Part shown: positions 60,507-64,000 of the stretch, in pieces
Layout: each line of letters opens with the position of its first letter
Numbering within the stretch: position 1 is the stretch's first letter
Assembly (NCBI GenBank): GCA_014239365.1
Contig: JAAZZB010000006.1
Location: forward strand, 75,189 to 139,188
Source of the DNA: Verrucomicrobiia bacterium
GTDB lineage: Bacteria > Verrucomicrobiota > Verrucomicrobiia > Limisphaerales > UBA1100
Direction: 5' to 3'
Length of the DNA: 64,000 nt
Notes under the pieces: model-generated
What the model was told of the DNA's origin: nothing
What the model saw: the letters and a program-made list of their open reading frames with translations, nothing else
Database searches by the model: none
Position numbers and translations under genes: made by a program

Positions 60507-61823
60507 ATGTCCGACCCTTCTTCCACCGAGCAAGACGCGCGCTACACCCACTGGCGCTGGCGCATCTTCTTCATCACTTGGATCGCGTACGCCGGATTTT
60601 ATCTTACCCGCAAATCATTTTCCGTCGCCAAAATTGGGATGGAAAAAGATCCATCAATCAATTTGGATCCCGCAATGATGGGGGCGCTGGATGCGTCCTA
60701 TCTCGTCGCCTATGCCATTGGCCAATTTGTTTGGGGCATGTCCGCCGATCGTCTGGGCACGCGCAAGGTCGTGCTCGGCGGTTTGTTAACCTCCGTCGTC
60801 GCCGGCGTGGCGATGGGTTTTTCGTCTGCCACATTAATGTTTGGCGGCTTGTTATTTGTTCAGGGCTTGGCGCAATCCACCGGTTGGGCGCCGCTTACAA
60901 AGAACGTCAGTTTTTGGTTTCCACAAAAACAGCGCGGAGTGATCTACGGATTTTGGTCCACCAACTATGCGGTGGGCGGCTTGATCGCTGCACCCATCGC
61001 CGGATTCCTCGCGGTGTATTTTGGCCATTGGCGATATGCGTTTTGGGGGCCCGCAATTATTTTACTCGGCGTATGGGTGCTGTTTTTAATGCTTCAACGA
61101 AATCAACCCGAAGATGTGGGTTTGCCTCCGGTGGATGAAACCGAGGAAGACAAGGTGGATGGAAATTCAGAGAGTGGCGAAGCTGAAGCAAAAGCTAATT
61201 GGTGGAAAACCTCCCTGCAAGTTTTGAAAAACAAGCAGGTGTTAATTATGGCCGCCAGTTATTTTTTTCTGAAGCCAACCCGCTACGCCATAATTTTTTG
61301 GGGACCCTATATGGTGAACAAAAAACTCGGCACCAATGAGTTGGACTCCGCCATCACCAGCGCCATCTTCGATGGGGCCGGCGTGTTGGGCGCGTTGGCG
61401 GCCGGGATTGCATCCGATAAAATTTTCAAATCCAGACGTATGCCCGTGTGTGTTGTTTCGTTGGCAGTCTTGGCCGTCACTCTGTTTATGTTCGACACCT
61501 TCACCAGCACCGGCAGTCATCTGATGATGGGCGTGTTGCTGTTCGCCATCGGGTTTTTCATTTATGGGCCGGACTCCATTTTGGCCGGCGTTGCCGCAGT
61601 GGATTTTGGCACCAGCAAAGGTGCCGGCACCTCGGCGGGCTTCATCAATGGCTGCGGCTCCATTGGCGCCATCCTGGGCGGATCGCTGCCGGGGGTCATC
61701 TACTTACATTACGGCTGGGGCACGCTGTTTAATATTCTTGGAGCATCAGTTTTTATTGCCGCCATTCTGCTTGCTACCCGCTGGAATGCGGTTCCCACCA
61801 CACAATCTAAGTCACCCGCATGA
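60507..61823 (+). CDS. MFS transporter, organophosphate:Pi antiporter (GlpT/UhpT) family
   Basis: WRWRIF..TWIAYAGFYLTRKSF, QSTGW, WFPQKQRG, AGFING.G. Confidence 0.88.
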   Translation: MSDPSSTEQDARYTHWRWRIFFITWIAYAGFYLTRKSFSVAKIGMEKDPSINLDPAMMGALDASYLVAYAIGQFVWGMSADRLGTRKVVLGGLLTSVVAGVAMGFSSATLMFGGLLFVQGLAQSTGWAPLTKNVSFWFPQKQRGVIYGFWSTNYAVGGLIAAPIAGFLAVYFGHWRYAFWGPAIILLGVWVLFLMLQRNQPEDVGLPPVDETEEDKVDGNSESGEAEAKANWWKTSLQVLKNKQVLIMAASYFFLKPTRYAIIFWGPYMVNKKLGTNELDSAITSAIFDGAGVLGALAAGIASDKIFKSRRMPVCVVSLAVLAVTLFMFDTFTSTGSHLMMGVLLFAIGFFIYGPDSILAGVAAVDFGTSKGAGTSAGFINGCGSIGAILGGSLPGVIYLHYGWGTLFNILGASVFIAAILLATRWNAVPTTQSKSPA

Positions 61824-63064
61824 ATCAATCGAATGGAACGCTGAACCTTGCTGACTTGATTGCCTCGCGGCGCGAGGGACATTCGATGCCGCAAGAATTT
61901 TACACGGACGCCGCGGTGCACGTGGCGGATGTGGAGCGGATTTTTAAGCGACAATGGGTGTTCATCGGGCACTCGTGTCAAATTATTGAAGCGGGGGAAT
62001 TTTTTACGGTCACGATTGGGGACGACCCCTTGATAATTATTCGCGGCGATGACGGCGTCATTCGCGCGCTGCATAATGTATGCCGACATCGGGGAACGCT
62101 CATCAGTCGCGAGAGCTGCGGCAAGGCGCGGCGGTTGGTTTGTCCGTATCATCAGTGGACCTACGAACGCGATGGCAAGCTCGCTTCGTGTCGAGGGATG
62201 CACGAAATCAATCGAGACGAACATTCGCTGCTCCCCGCGCACTTGGAGGATTTGGAGGGAATGCTCTTCGTGTGCCTCGCGGACACGCCGCCGGATTTCG
62301 TCGCCGCGCGCGAAGCGATGGCGGAAGTCGTGCGCCCGCAACGAATGGGCAAAGCGAAGGTGGCAAAGATTGTCGATTACGAGGTCGGCTCAAACTGGAA
62401 ACTTGTTTGGGAAAACAACCGCGAATGCTACCACTGCAACGTCAATCACCCGCAATACATCAAAGCAAACTTCGACCATTTCAATAGCGACGACACCACG
62501 CCGCGCGTGCAGCAACGCATCACGGCCGCCGCCGAGCGACACGCCGTCCAATGCGCGAAGAATGGGCTCGAAGTCACCCACAAAGAAACGGGCATGGCGA
62601 CTTTCCCGGACCCCGATCGTGGCCTGTGGTTTTCCGCCAACCGCACCACGCTCGTCGATGGCTACGTCAGCGAAACGATGGACGGCCAACAAGTCGCGCC
62701 GCTCATGGGCGATTACACCGACGCCGACGTGGGCACGATGCGCTGCCGCACGATGCCGAATATGTGGAACCATTCCAGCTGCGATCACGTCGTAAGCACG
62801 CGCCTTTTGCCGACCGCCGCCAACCGAACCCAAGTGCGCGTGATGTGGCTCGTGCATCCCGACGCCGAGGAGGGCCGCGATTATGATTTGGAAAAACTCA
62901 TGCCCTTTTGGCAACTCACCAGCGAGCAGGATTGGGAGCTATGCGAATTCGCGCAGACTGGCATCACCTCCAGCGCCTACCGCCCGGGCCCGTATTCCAC
63001 CCCCAAAGAATACAACGTCGACGCCTTCGTGCGATGGTACTTGGAGGCTTTGCAAAATGGTTAA
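61820..63064 (+). CDS. Rieske non-heme iron oxygenase alpha subunit, GbcA/Stc2-like (quaternary amine N-demethylase type)
   Basis: CRHRG...CPYHQWTY; NWKLVWENNRECYHC...HP; WLVHPDAEEGRDYD...W..T.EQD; YRPGPYS. Confidence 0.88.
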   Translation: MNQSNGTLNLADLIASRREGHSMPQEFYTDAAVHVADVERIFKRQWVFIGHSCQIIEAGEFFTVTIGDDPLIIIRGDDGVIRALHNVCRHRGTLISRESCGKARRLVCPYHQWTYERDGKLASCRGMHEINRDEHSLLPAHLEDLEGMLFVCLADTPPDFVAAREAMAEVVRPQRMGKAKVAKIVDYEVGSNWKLVWENNRECYHCNVNHPQYIKANFDHFNSDDTTPRVQQRITAAAERHAVQCAKNGLEVTHKETGMATFPDPDRGLWFSANRTTLVDGYVSETMDGQQVAPLMGDYTDADVGTMRCRTMPNMWNHSSCDHVVSTRLLPTAANRTQVRVMWLVHPDAEEGRDYDLEKLMPFWQLTSEQDWELCEFAQTGITSSAYRPGPYSTPKEYNVDAFVRWYLEALQNG

Positions 63065-64000
63065 CCAACCCAAAACCGCAAACATCGTCATCGTCGGCGG
63101 CGGCGCCGTGGGGTGCGGCGTTGCGTATTCGCTGGCGAAGGCGGGCGTCGAAGATGTTTTGCTTTTGGAAAAAGAATCGACGCTCGCGGCGGCAACTTCC
63201 GGCCAAGCGGCGGGGCTCGTCGGCCAAGTGCGCAACAGCGTGGAGCGCACGCAACTCGCGATGTGGTCGGTGCAGACGTTTAGCGAATTGCAAGCAGACG
63301 ACACTGCCAACCCCGGTTGGCGGCAAGTCGGCTCGCTGCGCGTGGCGCTGAATGACGAACGCGTCGCGGAGTTTGAGGGCATGAAAGCGGTGGCGGATGA
63401 AGCCGGTTTGGAAACGGAATTCATCGACCCCACTGCCGCGCAAACACATTGGCCGCTGATGGATTTTTCCGCAGCGAAGGCGGTGCTTTGGTGCGCGTCC
63501 GATGGCTATCTGCAACCGAGCGACCTCACCATGGCGTACGTGGCGCACGCGCGGAAATTGGGCGCACAGTTTTTGACGAGCACACCCGCGCGCGAAATTC
63601 GCCTTGAGGGCGGTCGCGTCACCGGCGTGGAAACCGACGCGGGCATCATCGAATGTAAAACGGTCATCAACGCCGCGGGCGCGCACGCCTTTCACGTCGC
63701 GCAAAGCGTCGGACTCGAGCTGCCGATCGTGCCGGTGCGCCATGAATTTTTCGTGACCGTCCACGCCGATGGCCTCGTGCCCGAGCTGCCGGTGGTGCGC
63801 ATTCCGGATGCCACGCTGTATTTGCGCGCGGAAACCAACGCGCTGCTCTGCGGCGGCTGGGAACCGGAAGGGCTCTCGACTGACCCGCGCGGTTTCGCGC
63901 TGACCGCCGAGCCGCCCGCTATCGAGCCGGATTACGAAGTGCTCGGTTGGTTCGCCGAACAACTCGCGCCGCACTTGCCGAAGGTAAACGATCTCGGCCT
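63057..64000 (+). CDS. FAD-dependent oxidoreductase, sarcosine/dimethylglycine dehydrogenase-like (runs off the window end)
   Basis: Not in the ORF track; my translation gives MVNQPKTANIVIVGGGAVGCGVAYSLAKAG...TSGQAAGLV...GWRQVGSLRVA...SDGYLQP...VINAAG; overlaps the Rieske stop. Confidence 0.85.
   Translation, partial: MVNQPKTANIVIVGGGAVGCGVAYSLAKAGVEDVLLLEKESTLAAATSGQAAGLVGQVRNSVERTQLAMWSVQTFSELQADDTANPGWRQVGSLRVALNDERVAEFEGMKAVADEAGLETEFIDPTAAQTHWPLMDFSAAKAVLWCASDGYLQPSDLTMAYVAHARKLGAQFLTSTPAREIRLEGGRVTGVETDAGIIECKTVINAAGAHAFHVAQSVGLELPIVPVRHEFFVTVHADGLVPELPVVRIPDATLYLRAETNALLCGGWEPEGLSTDPRGFALTAEPPAIEPDYEVLGWFAEQLAPHLPKVNDLG

Overview
GC-rich bacterial window that reads like a PVC-superphylum genome, most likely a marine Verrucomicrobiota. 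This is inferred from gene content: sulfatases, two DUF1501 proteins, PVC-type heme CxxCH dehydrogenases, Tat Gfo/Idh/MocA proteins and an ECF sigma/FecR pair. About 50 CDSs are supported. No rRNA, tRNA, CRISPR or transposase was recognised. Three things stand out. (1) 1.5-6.6 kb: a tightly coupled operon of HMG-CoA-reductase-like protein, acyltransferase, alkyl-DHAP synthase, DHRS7B/PexRAP-like SDR and a second acyltransferase, next to an MMPL transporter. It maps onto the eukaryotic peroxisomal ether-lipid pathway, with the HMGR homologue in the place of the fatty acyl-CoA reductase. (2) 34.4-36.0 kb: an exported FG-GAP protein that the ORF track splits at an in-frame TGA (W-U-C). An fdhF-like SECIS hairpin starts 11 nt downstream, and a DsbD-N-type CxxxC protein gene lies just upstream, so this is a candidate selenoprotein redox module. 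(3) 55.3-64 kb: phnA-phnY-phnW extended by an OPA-family MFS, a betaine-demethylase-like Rieske oxygenase and a sarcosine/dimethylglycine-dehydrogenase-like flavoprotein, suggesting N-demethylation of methylated aminoethylphosphonates. Also present: two TA pairs, an orphan hicB between ~103-bp direct repeats, several REP-like palindrome families, a GYF_2 gene broken by micro-duplications and a RidA gene with an ATA start. All family calls come from motif recognition by eye, not database searches.
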